Shown one piece after another: positions 11,311-23,200 of a DNA stretch of 64,000 nucleotides (positions are counted from its first letter, which is position 1; each line of letters begins with the position of its first letter). Under the pieces are notes generated by a model that was given only the letters and a program-made list of their open reading frames with translations, was not told where the DNA came from and did not search any database. The position numbers and the translations under genes are program-made. The DNA is from Dipteris shenzhenensis (taxonomy: Eukaryota): assembly GCA_047967505.1 (NCBI GenBank), contig CM106538.1; one strand, 5' to 3'.

Positions 11311-13413
11311 ATGGCAGAGGACTTTCCAGAGTTTTGGGGGATGCCATATGAGAATGCAGTGAGATTCTTGGAAAAGATGGAATTCACAGCACTTATGAAG
11401 GATAGGGCAACCCCTCAGATTCTGTTTCAGATCTTGAATTATTGTTTGCAGGGAGATGCAAAAGCATGGTTGCAGACTCAGATGGCTACCTTCAGGACTA
11501 CTCATCCTCAACAGCAAAATCCGGAGTATACAGTGGTGAGAGCAGCTTTTCTTGCACGGTTTGCACAATCTAGGAGCCCTAATGAAGTATGGAAGGAGTT
11601 GTGCAAAATTCAGCAAAGGGATGGTCAGGATGTGGATCAGTATCTGATAGAGTTTGGTAGACTGTGGAGTCTATGGTGTGAGGCTTTGATTCCTGAAGTA
11701 CCCCCGCAAATGATAAAGAGAGACCGGTTTGTGGCTGGTCTGGAGCCTTCACTCCGTTTAAAGGTGGAGCTGAAGAATATTGATAGTTTTGAGGATGCAG
11801 TCAGAGTGGCTAGAGAGAAAGAGTGGAAGGTCAAGAGACTGAGGCAACTTGGTATGCAAGAGGAGCCTAAAAACCTGGTCAGTAGGCCAGAAATGATCAA
11901 GGCATATGTAGAGAGAGAGCCGGTGTCTATTCCTATGCAGGATGATTCCCTGAGAAAGGAATTGCATGAAGCTGTGGAACTGATGAAAACATTCAGCCTA
12001 AATTGGGTGGAGACTGCAGGGAGAAGCAGAGGTCAAAATAACAGGAGAGTTGCTATGGATGGAGGAGAAGGAAGTTCAGCTGATGCAAGGAGAGAACCAG
12101 ATTATGTGATGAGCTGTCGACTGGAATTGGAAGAGGAACTTGAGGAGACAGTCACAGATGAAGAGATAGATCTTTTACGTGAGACAGAGGAAGAGAGCAT
12201 CTCATCAGAGGAAGAGAGTCAGTGGTCTTCACTAATGAAGAAGCCGGATGTTGATGATGAAAGGGAGCTGGAAATCAATACACTTATGAGTGGAGGCTTG
12301 TCAGTTGCTATGGAAGAGGGTGTTGCTCAACCAATTCTGTGTGAGGTGGTAGAAGAGATCCCGAGAGAAGGGGTTGCTACCATAGATGGCGGAGAGGTTG
12401 AGAGCCCATTAAAGGCAGCTAAGGCTAAGTCTGTGTGTGTAGATGATGATCATGCTCCAGTGTTGTGTGGTGATGATGTGCATATGATGGCTGAATGCAA
12501 TCAGTTTGTGGTTGACACTGTGATTGTGCATGCCGAAGGGGTTGAGATTTCAGGTTCAACAAGTGAGGAAGAGAGGTGTGAAATTAGTAGTGAAGATGAG
12601 AGCTCAATCATGTGTGACAGTGATGAAACTGATGTGGCTATTACTGATAAAGTAAAAGACCTACAGACAGCAAGTGTTGATTGTGTGCATGCAAATTGTG
12701 ATGAGTATGATGAGGTTAAGATTCAGTGTTTACAAGATGATGGTGATTCAGAGGATGAGATGGATTGTGTTCTTGATGATGCACTGGATGATATGTTAGC
12801 ATCGATCTCTTCAAAAGAGAATGAAAACACCAGTATGCATGTTGAGAAGGACAACAGTGATAGTGTGATTGATGATCAGCTGGATGCTTTACTTGATGAT
12901 ACCCTCATGGATTTTGCATGTGTGGTGGGCAATGACAAGAAAGAGTATGCTGGTATGTTTGAGCATTCTTCAGGTGGAAGAGATGTTTGTTTGCTCCTGA
13001 GTGATCTTGATAATTCATGTGATGGGATGAGTTTTGCAGCTTCAAAGGTTGAGACAATAGGGTATGCTGAGAAGTCCCTAATCACAGATTATGAGCTGGT
13101 TGTGCCCGTGAGATTTGTGTGTGAGGTTGTGACCTCAAAAGATGTAGCTCATGTGAAGATGGGCAAGACTCATGATATAAGTGTGATGGCTGATAGCCAG
13201 TGGAGTTGTGTAATATCTTGGCAGGATAAGATATGGGATCCTGGAGGCTTAATGAAGATGTGGATACATGGAAGGAGCTGGTGGCTACATCAAATTGGTG
13301 TGCTAATGATTCCATTTGATCCAGGAGGATGGTGGATTAAGTATATCTGGCAATGGAGGGTTCAAAGTTATCCTTTTGATCCGGGAGGAGAAAAGCAGAG
13401 GCATAGAGCATAA
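11311..13413 (+). CDS. Retrotransposon Gag-like protein (700 aa) with a long acidic region and repeated [FW]DPGG motifs
   Basis: Uninterrupted ORF. N-terminal Gag motifs (LQGDAKAW, AFLARF, QQRDGQDVDQY..F, DRFVAGL..L), an Asp/Glu-rich middle, and WDPGG/FDPGG/FDPGG near the C-terminus. Confidence 0.8.
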   Translation: MAEDFPEFWGMPYENAVRFLEKMEFTALMKDRATPQILFQILNYCLQGDAKAWLQTQMATFRTTHPQQQNPEYTVVRAAFLARFAQSRSPNEVWKELCKIQQRDGQDVDQYLIEFGRLWSLWCEALIPEVPPQMIKRDRFVAGLEPSLRLKVELKNIDSFEDAVRVAREKEWKVKRLRQLGMQEEPKNLVSRPEMIKAYVEREPVSIPMQDDSLRKELHEAVELMKTFSLNWVETAGRSRGQNNRRVAMDGGEGSSADARREPDYVMSCRLELEEELEETVTDEEIDLLRETEEESISSEEESQWSSLMKKPDVDDERELEINTLMSGGLSVAMEEGVAQPILCEVVEEIPREGVATIDGGEVESPLKAAKAKSVCVDDDHAPVLCGDDVHMMAECNQFVVDTVIVHAEGVEISGSTSEEERCEISSEDESSIMCDSDETDVAITDKVKDLQTASVDCVHANCDEYDEVKIQCLQDDGDSEDEMDCVLDDALDDMLASISSKENENTSMHVEKDNSDSVIDDQLDALLDDTLMDFACVVGNDKKEYAGMFEHSSGGRDVCLLLSDLDNSCDGMSFAASKVETIGYAEKSLITDYELVVPVRFVCEVVTSKDVAHVKMGKTHDISVMADSQWSCVISWQDKIWDPGGLMKMWIHGRSWWLHQIGVLMIPFDPGGWWIKYIWQWRVQSYPFDPGGEKQRHRA

Positions 13414-14223
13414 GTTTGCTTTGTTTTTGATCCAAGTGGTTTGCTAATGTTTTTCTTTAGCTGCTGGACATGAATGTCACAGCAGAAGAGAAGGGGTTGC
13501 TAAAGGTGTGTGAAGATTTTTGAAAACCTCAAACTCGTCTGTACATATGTACATGTGTGATGTTCAACCTGTGTGTGTGCTTGTTGGCGTTCAATCAGAT
13601 TTTGTGTGAGCAACTTTCGAGCACTTCATGGTATCCAGGGACGGGATGGTGTTCATCATATGTGGATGGTCAGTGGGCAATCAAATGCTAAACGACTGGT
13701 GGCATGCATTTGTGTGCACATAGTCAATGAATATGGTGCTAAGTGCTTCTAGCATGCATTGGTGTGTTAAAGAAGGGGATTTTGGGCATCCATGACCTTG
13801 GTGTAAAGTTTGAAGGAAGGTGGAAGAGTGGTAAAAAGCATGGGATGACGTGGCTATAATCAAAAAAGGTATCCATGCAGGTGGCTACGTGAGGACGAGG
13901 CGAGGAGGTTCTGGATGGCGAGGTGGCGACTGCAAGAAGCATGCCAGAGGAAGGATATCGGGGTCCTGGGAGAGGAGCGGGAGTCTAGGAGCTACGTGAG
14001 GAGGGGCTCCTCTGGAAAGAAGAGAGGAGCAGGAGAGGCTCGTGTGGAGGAGAGGACACGTGAGCTGAGGAGGGGCTGTTGCCTGTCGAGGGGATTGCGA
14101 TGACTACAAGAGGGAGCCTGTGAGTTCGTGAAGGGTGGTGGACACCCAAAGGATCTCAGACGACAGGGAGAGCACCGGAAGCGATGGGAGCTTCGTGAGC
14201 TCTGGAGCAAGGGAGAGGGTAGC

Positions 14224-15757
14224 TGTGGCGATGCGATTGCACGCTGCATGCTTCTGGAGGGAAGCCAAGAATGTACGTGGGAGAAGGAGCTTGGAGAGCA
14301 GAGAATATGACAATGCTGTAGGCCGGAGGTTCGTCAAGGGATCTGTTGCTTCGGGGAGCCTCTAAAGTTCAGAGGCCGTAGACAGGGAGAGGTCGTAATG
14401 GTGGAAGCAGTTGTGAGCTGGAAAAGGGATCGTAGGCTCGTAGCACAGGAGGTGGTGAGCTCAGAGGCAACGAGGAGATAGTCGGGGTGATATGTGAGTC
14501 AGGGAGTATCTTGCGAGACGTGGGCTAGAGTGCATGGAGTCCATGAGGCCGTGATGACGGGAATTCTGCTTGCTGGCCATCTTCACGTAACAGGTGAGGA
14601 GGAGGAGAGCCATAAGCGGGGAGCTTCGTGAGCGCTGTGAAGGCGGCAAAAAGAGAGCTGCTGTGAAGAAGACGACAAAGGTGGAGCTCCATGGTGACGA
14701 GCTAAATGGTACAGTCAGCGCTTACTGAAGTCTTGTGAAGACTTGGCTGTGAAATCGCTACTGTGTGGGCTGGGAGGATCACAGACGACGGGAGTTTAGT
14801 CGTGCATACACTGTGAATAGGAGACTAACATAGTGTGAAAGCCATAGTCTCATGTGTGCTCTATGAGAAAAAGAAGTTGCAGAGTAGCTATCGTCATATG
14901 GAAGGAGATGCGCAACGAAGGAAAGTGGTCCTTGTAGAGATGTAATCTGTGCATGAAGGAGAGAGCGATCGAAAAGGAATAGGATGCTGCCATAGTAGAG
15001 ATTGTGGGACATGGGCTGACCGCGCCTCTATCTGTAGAGGCCCGTGATAAGTTGGAGATTCCATTTCTAGCTTGGCAAGCGATGAACATTAATCCATAAC
15101 ATGGGTTGGCTGAGCATAATGGCCAGTTTTTTTGTTGCAAGCTGAGTGGACAGTACGTTTTAGAAGATGAGTGCCAGTTTACATCGCCATTGCTTTGGGA
15201 CATGGATGGACATAGAGCTTGGGTTGTGCATCTTGGTTGTGTGTTTGAGGGACTGAACCTCAAGGGGTGCCTTGATGACACATCTTAGAGGAGGAGCCCT
15301 GGTTGGTCATAAGGCTTCATCAATTGCTTGTGAACTATGATGCGGGAGCTTGACTCACCTCAACCTCAAAGAATTTTGAGGGGAGCTTGTGGATTGCAAA
15401 CAGCTTGTATATGAGATGTGTGAAGGCCTTATGTGGTTGTGCATAGCAAATAGTTGTGGTTGTGGTGTATGCTCACAGAGATGAAATTATGTTTCATGGG
15501 TCATTTATGTGTTTACTGAACTTGATTTCAGTTAGTAAGAGAGCTTGTCTTGAGCTGTGTAATTCACTGGGTTCTTTCTGAGTTTCTTAGCTTCCAGTGG
15601 AAATGTGACCAGAGTGTGACGTGTGTCCGAAGGTATGTGAAGAGACAATGATGTTGAATGGATGCCTTTTGCCTTGTGATTGCGTTGTCTGGGTGTTTTA
15701 AATGTGGATGAGGGTGGCTGTGAAGGCGGGTTAGGCTCTACTACTTTTGTCCATCCA
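14224..15757 (+). repeat. 3' LTR (1534 bp)
   Basis: Copy of 9432-10965, preceded by a PPT. Confidence 0.92.
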
Positions 15758-16149
15758 ACGTCTAGTAAAGTAGTAGTGGCAAGCAGTAGTCATTGCTCTT
15801 TCTGTTTGACTTTCAAGGTACCAAGGCGCTCTTGTGCAGCTTCGATGACACATCATCTTTAACAGTGGTAGGTTCTCTAGTAGCAGGCGTTCTTGGGAAG
15901 TAGGTGCCTTAAAAGTATGAGTAGATGGAGGAGAAGCCTCCAAGTTAGGAGAAGCAGTATTACATATAGTCTTAGATGAAGGAATCTCCCTGGTAAGAAT
16001 AGGAAGCTGAGGATCAATAGAGTATTTGACAACAAGACTCTGTGTGGGCCATCCTAGCATCTAACTACATGGGTCTCCAATTCCACAATCAGCTGGGTGT
16101 GAGTCGTTGTAAGCTAATATGGCCTAGAGATTAGTTCATGATATGATTT

Positions 16150-18368
16150 TAAAAGGTTTTTTATAAAGATTGAGCTATTTTTACCTTGCAAGCTGCTATG
16201 AGGTAATTATCAAACAAGTAATTTAAGTGCACTAGAACAAAGTTGAAGCCCTATATTTCTAAATCTAGTACCATAGTTCTATATTAGTAGGTTGCTAAAG
16301 GGGTATACAAAGGGTGTGTAAGTGCCTAACCTTGTCATCTAACATTTATTATCTTTCAACCTTTTCACACAAATGTCTGTCGCCTCCATCCAACTAAGAT
16401 TTTTGCCTTCCATTACCATGTCTCAAACCTAATCTAATAAAAGATTATTGCTACAATGATTGTGCCTTATCTAGAACACTCTTTACCAATATTTATGCAA
16501 AAATGGGCATGCATTAGATACATTTCTAAATTTTTTTTATATATGACAAGATATAGCTACTCATCCTATGCTGAAATACATGGATCATCTAGTAGCTACA
16601 AGTGCATTGCATGGTTTGGAGATAAACGACACCAAGCCATTGATAGCGCAGGCATATGATGATGACTCTCCTTTTTCTTTCCCAAGAACACACTAAGAGG
16701 CCTCTCATGCCTTATGTGTGCTTTATCGTAATATGGTCAGGCTACTGGTCTAAAAGCGAAATTTCAAAATTTTAACCTTCATCTCCATGAGAAAGCTTGG
16801 AATTTTATTTTATGGCCATGGGACATAGTTTTACCCACACAAATTGTATGTCACCTTGGGTGGATACCCTTTGGGGGGGGGGGGAGGCAATTCATATAAG
16901 CAAATGGATTAGGTGCTTGACATGGTTAAGAAAAAACTAGAATACTGGAAGTTGGCCACCTAGCCCCACTACATGTTCACTATCACTTAGTTTAATCAAT
17001 TCTGGTTGCCTATATCCAATTTTACTTGCCTTTGATGATGCTTGCCAAGAAAGACATCTCCTATTTTATGTCTCATATTATGGAGCTTTTATGACAGTCT
17101 TGCTATCGCTCTTTGAAAATCCCTTCAACTACTTTTAGTGGATCACCTTTGCTCATTTGAAATGCATGGGGGTCTCAATATCCTTAATATTCACATGCAT
17201 AGTCTAGCTCACAAGTGGAAAACAATGTCTTAGTTCATGCAGGTGATTAGCCATGGATTTACATGATGTGACATTTGGTTTTGCACTTGTCTTCTACTAC
17301 CTTTGGTCACTAGTAGCCTACCCAACGGGACTATATTTTGGGTCACATTGATGGAAAATTCAAAGGATTCCCTTTTGTCACTCGCATTGGAAGCACATAC
17401 TTACCACCTTAAATGGAATGGCCGGGATACTCTTACAGGAAATTATTTGTGTGCTGATAGCCTTCTTTGGTTGAAGGCATTCTCCCCTCCACTGGTTTGC
17501 AAGAACCTTGCTGTTCTTATCTTCTTTAGTCCAAAGGAATATGCTACTGGTATGGTGATTTCTTTTCGTACAACTAGCAACCAGTATGCTTTTGGGCATC
17601 ATTATAGGCCTCTATGGTTTTTATTGTCATAGATGCTCCCTAACTTTTAGCCAGTACCTCATCTTAAGATTGTTGACTACATCAAGGGTAAGGTTCTTCA
17701 ATCAGCTTACCATGTGTGCTGTGCACTACTAGTATAAGGTTTCGATGCCTCCTCGTTGGGTTTCTATTCATGCCAATTACATCTATTCAATGACACACAC
17801 TTCTAGGTGGTGTAGGAAAAGATTTCATCACATTTGGGCCTCAAAACTTCCTCTTCGAAAGAAGTTTTTCTTATGGGAGTTTTTCTTTTTAGAAAGATGT
17901 AGGTGGATTGTCCTCATATCATTCCTACCACTTGTGATGATGTCTATCCTTGAGGGAGTCTATGCCTCATCTCTTTTGGCATTTTTCAAATTCTCATGAT
18001 TTCTTACTTTTACTACAACAAAGGCTTCAATCTCATTTCCTCAATGCTTTGGCAATCAATTTTAGTTTTTGGTTTTGAGCCTATAAGGTAGGCATATGAT
18101 CTTTTCTTTTATTGGGTTTGTTACTAGGCAATATGGACCTTATGGAAAGACTGCAATCATTGTGTCTTTGGTGATCTCTCATTGGCTAAGTATCAGTTAT
18201 TTTGTATAGTTTTATGGCAATCATTTTACAATTGTCCATGGGCACAGGTTCTTGATTATCCTGTCGTCTTGTCATATAATGTTATCTTCTTATGTTTGTA
18301 GCTAGGTGTCCCTATCTTTGGGACTACTTTTTGTAAAATAACAACAAATGGATTTCACCAGATAACAA

Positions 18369-18370
<2 letters not shown>
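16150..18370 (+). mobile_element. Highly decayed L1-type LINE ORF2 and 3' end, ending at (GT)n
   Basis: Remnants GLNILNIH and RFHHIWASKLPLRKKFFLW (zf-RVT region). The A-rich end is directly followed by (GT)n at 18371. The 5' boundary is approximate. Confidence 0.6.

Positions 18371-18398
<28 letters not shown>
18371..18398. repeat. (GT)n microsatellite
   Basis: Pure GT dinucleotide run. Confidence 0.95.
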
Positions 18399-18401
<3 letters not shown>

Positions 18402-19063
18402 GACTCAACAAAACCCCATTTCATAGTGAAATGAAAACAATTTTAGTACTAGAAACAAAAGAGAAAATTGCTATGAGGCATTACAAAAAACGAGAGGAGC
18501 ACAATTTGCAAAAGACTTCTAGAATGCATGACTATACAAACAAGTTTTGCTTTGATAAGTCATCATAAAGCATCACTTTCAACATTGAAGAGCGGAGCTT
18601 GCATACCTGCCACCATCCAACAAGAAAAATGATAAGAACCGTATTTTAACTTAGTTGGGAAGACAAGTGTCATAAACACCCTCCCTTATTATTGAGATCA
18701 CAATAAAAATAGTTGCTCATACTCTTTTGTTATAAAAATAAAATTTGATATTATGCTTTAAGTGTTAAAATAGTTAGGGTGAATTTAAGGAAAAGAAAAT
18801 AAATGGTTATGTAAGGTGGAAAAACTTAGTGTATTTAGGTGTGTAAACGTAAAGGAGAAGGAGGAGGGGAGAAAATTAAGGATTAGAGCAATAAATATAA
18901 TTTTAAGATTTAGAGCATAAGGGAAGGAGAATTTATAAGAAAAAGGAGTTTCGAAGGTATTCAAAGAAAGACTTTTAAGAATTTTTAAAAAAGAAGAAAA
19001 TTAAAGAAAGAAATTTAAAGAAGGAATTTCAAAGAAGAGAAAAGAGTCTGTAGAGTTTAGTGG

Positions 19064-19660
19064 ATGTTTTGGAAAATACATCATTCACTTGGACCAATAA
19101 CTAGATCAGTCAAAATCATAGAAAAGCTAAAATTGATAGAGCATATATGTCAAGAGCCAGATGAGGCTCTGTGCTATAAAATCATTGCTCTTGTGTCTCT
19201 TTCCTTTTCAGACCACAAACCCATTCTATTGACTTGGATAAAGGGGAAGTGAGAAGAGCTAGATCATGGCTCAAAGAAAACCCTTTTTACTTCCAGATTC
19301 CGTGTTTTCAAACCAAAGTGATTAGAATTTGGCATAAGGCTTTTGGAGAAATTGGTAGTTTTTTAGACAAATGATTAGAGCCACAAAAAGAACCAAGATT
19401 TTTCTTAGAGCTATTAAGAGATGACAATAATTAGAAGATCAAATCAAAACACTTGAGGAAGATCTATCTGAGTAGGGCCAAACATGTCTAAAGGAGTAGA
19501 AACACTCAAAGTTGATAGAAGCATCTCAGGCTAAGATATATATGAGGGAATGGTGGTCTTGGAAAGGAGATCATGCGAATGAAGACATGTTTAGAATTCT
19601 CTGAAAGAAACATGCTCAAGACAATTTGGAGAGTATTAAAAAAGATAAGTACATAATACA
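19064..19660 (+). mobile_element. Decayed LINE endonuclease C-terminal fragment
   Basis: SFSDHKPILL matches the APE-type SDH motif. The rest is broken. Confidence 0.45.
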
Positions 19661-20230
19661 ATCAAGAGGCTACTAGCTTTTCCTTTCAGTTCTCCTCATT
19701 GATCTACAGGAGGATCTGAAGTACTTCTCTCTTTTCTTCTGCATGCAGATAGTTTCTGTAAGGATGACTATGTTGTTAATCCTCTTTTGGACTAGATGAA
19801 CTCCAATGGATAAACTTTGATGATGTAGACAGATTATCAAGTTCAATATAACTACTTTTTTTGCTTTTAAAAAAATGCACAAGTACTAAATTTGTGACTT
19901 TGACAATGGAGCGCTATTGAATTGACACAAGACAACCATAGTGGATGCAAGATTAAATTACGACATCATGTACATTCATGTTGTCATACTACTCACAATT
20001 GCTTATCAACCACCACAATGACGATGAACTCATGCAAACATACTCCATGTCATTATAGGTCACAATGATGATCAATTCATGTTGTGGAGGATAAAACCTA
20101 TTTGATCGTGAAAGCAATGGCCTATTCATATATCTACTTGCCTTTAGTTCCCAAAAAGCATGAGTTTCATTCCTCCTTCTGATCATTTTTTATACACACT
20201 TTCTGCCTTGCCCTTACATCCTCTCCACCA

Positions 20231-23200
20231 TGTTGAGATATCGAGCTCCACTCGTGATATGCCAGGGTCACCGTTGTACATTTATATCACCGACTTGTTA
20301 GCCACAGATGTGGTTGGTACACCGCCCTCGAATAATAGCTAGATGACAGCTATCCTTATGTACTCTAGTTCGTGGCTCAGTTAGTATGCCACCTTAGTTA
20401 GCTGAGTTTGGTTTGAGACCCACATATAGGTTTCTTCTATTTCTTTGTACTAGAGTTCTTTTTGGCCTTCACAACTAAGAAGAGGAAAACTGTTTTTAGC
20501 CTCCACCTTGGTGTGTATTCCCCCATTGTGTATGTGAGAAAGCCGCAAGTGAACTTCCTTCCTTCTCTCCCACTATCTTCACATGGTATCAGAGCTTGGT
20601 TCGTGGTAAGGAGCTCAAGAAAGCAAACGAAGTTCGCGGCGTCCTGGTAAGAGGACCAGTGTTGCTTTCCTTTTTTGAGTTTGGGAGCAAATCTCTGCAG
20701 GTAGCACAGCCAGAAGTGCAAGAGTGCACTGTCTCAGATTGAGATGCCCTTCGCGGTGTGGCGAGGCGGCAGTATATGTTGTAGGTTAGGGCAAAGCCCT
20801 GGGTGACTTTATTTTTCTGATTCGAGGCCATTTCGGGGTTATTATTGCCTGTTCATGCAAAATCCTTATTGCCTGTTCATGCAAAATCATCACTAGGAAG
20901 TGACTGTGTGGTCAAATACCACTTTCGTCAATTTTGCAGATTTGCCTATGTGAGGCAGAAGCTGTGTTTTTTACAGTGACAGAATTTTTTGTAGTGTTCT
21001 ATGATGGCATCTGATTCTCTTTCATAGATTGTCACTAAAAATCTTGACAAGAACAACTTCCAAGCATGGAAGTTTAGAATGACAAATTTCCTTATGGGAA
21101 AAGGCTATTGGGAGTTCATTACAGGAAATGAAGAAGAACCGGTTCTTCCTAATGTTCCCAATCAATAGGAAATGCAGGCATTTAAAGGATGGCATGAGAG
21201 AGCCAAAAAAGTTATGTACTGGCTGTCTAACTTTGGATTCTATGATTGTGCATATTCAAGATGCAAATACACCAAAGGAGGCATGGGATACTTTGGCAAA
21301 AATGTATAGCACAAATACGCAAGCCAGGAAAATGCAGCTCAAGCAGGAGTTGCACAATGTGCAGAGAGAAAATATGAGCATCAATGACTACCACATGAAG
21401 GTGAAGAAGATTGCAGATGCACTTGCTTCCATTGGGTCACCAGTGGAAGATGATGATTTAGTTTCTATGACCTTGAATGCTCTAGGAAAGGATTATGCAC
21501 AGTTCCAGACATCCATTGCCGTCCGTGAAAAATTTCTTGATTTTGAGGAGTTGTTTGCTCTTCTAATTTCTGAAGAGCAGAGAAATGGTGGTGCATCTTC
21601 ATCAAGAGAAACTTCAAAAGAAACTGTCTTCTACTCAAATGCTGGAAGAGGTAGAGGCAGAGGTAGAGGAGGCCTATCTGGAGGCTGTGGTAGAAATCAG
21701 AAGATGCAGCAAACTCAAGAAAACCAGTCCTATGGAGGAGGACGTGGTAACTCTAGAGGCAGGGGGAGCCAAAGAGGTCGTGGTGGATGGCAGAGAGGCC
21801 AAAATGCAAACAGCAATGTTGAATGCTACTATTGTGGTAAAATGGGTCGGCTAAAGACTGCTACAAAAAGCAGAATGGCATCATGAATGGAAAATTGTAG
21901 CAAGGAAATTATGCATCTTGTATTAGACAGGGTGATGACAGAAATGAGCATCTGTTTATGGTGCAGCACATGACCAATTCTGTGACAAGTGCAGAAGAAA
22001 GCAATGATGTGTGCTATGTTAACTCAGATGCATCAAACCACATGACAAGTCATGCAGAATGGATGCAGGATGCAAGGAAAATGGAAAGACTAGGATTTGT
22101 GGAGATTGGTGATGATACTGCACATCCTATTATGCAGATTGGTAAAATTCCTTTGTCTATGCAAGATGGAAAAAAGAAATACTTGTCTGATGTATTTCAT
22201 GTCCCGAACATCACCAAGAACCTGGTTTCGATTGGTCAAATGGTTGAGTAGTGCTTGCAGGTCAGATTTAATCCTCATGGATGCTTTGTTGAGGATATGA
22301 AAAATAACGGTCGCTTGATAGCAAAAGGAAAGAAGAAGGCCAAGATGTTTATGTTGGATGCAGATATGCCTGAATTGAGTGCAGCAATGTTTGCACATGG
22401 GACCGGTGTAGTTGCAAATATTGCTATCTAGCATAAACGCATTGGTCATGTTAATGTACAGTGACTTAAATCAATGCAGGCCCAAAATATTATTGCAAGA
22501 TTGCCTAAATTCAAGGTTGCAAAAATGCATAAGGTATGTGAAGCCTGTCAATTTGGAAAACAAGCAAGGAAACCATTTCCTAGGCATGGTCAAGAGAGTA
22601 AGAAGCCATTGGAATTAATCCACTCTGATGTGTGGACCACTAAAGCTACATCTATTGGAGGTTGTCATTATTTTGTCACTTTTATTGATGACTACAGCAA
22701 AAAAGTTTGGGTGTATTTTATGAAAAAGAAAAGTGAAGTGTTTGGGCATTTCAAAGCTTTTAAAGCTATTGTTGAAAAAGAAACAGGCCTGCAAATAAAA
22801 TGCCTAAGGTCAGATGGAGGGGGAGAGTACCTCTCAAATGAGTCTGCAAGGTTCTTACAGGAGCATGGCATAAAGCAACAATATTCATGCAATCATACCC
22901 CACAGCAAAATGGACTTGCAGAAAGGAAAAACAGGCATATTGGAGAGGTATCTTGGGCCATGCTAAATGAAAAAGACCTACCAGATTATTACTGGGCTAA
23001 AGCAGTTGCTACAACAGTTTACATAATGAATAGGACTCCCACTGCAGCAATACATGGCATGACGCCAGAGGAGATGTATACTGGTAGGAAACCAGATATT
23101 TCTCATTTGAAAATTTTTGGTTACATTGCTTATGTTCATGTGCCAGATGAGTTAAGGTCCAAGTTGGATCCAAAAGCTAAGAAGTGCATCTTTATTGGTT

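Larger units (their letters stand above)
9432..15757 (+). mobile_element. Non-autonomous gag-only LTR retrotransposon (TR-GAG-like, Gypsy-type Gag), 6326 bp, very young
   Basis: Two 1534-bp TG..CA direct repeats with no difference found in the segments compared. PBS-like TGGTGCCTCAACGG at 10971. PPT AAGGGAGAGGG just before 14224. Gag ORF present, no pol motifs. Confidence 0.88.

Noticed and set aside
18400-19060. AT- and purine-rich stretch as a functional element
   Set aside because: Low complexity, with no ORF, termini or repeat structure.
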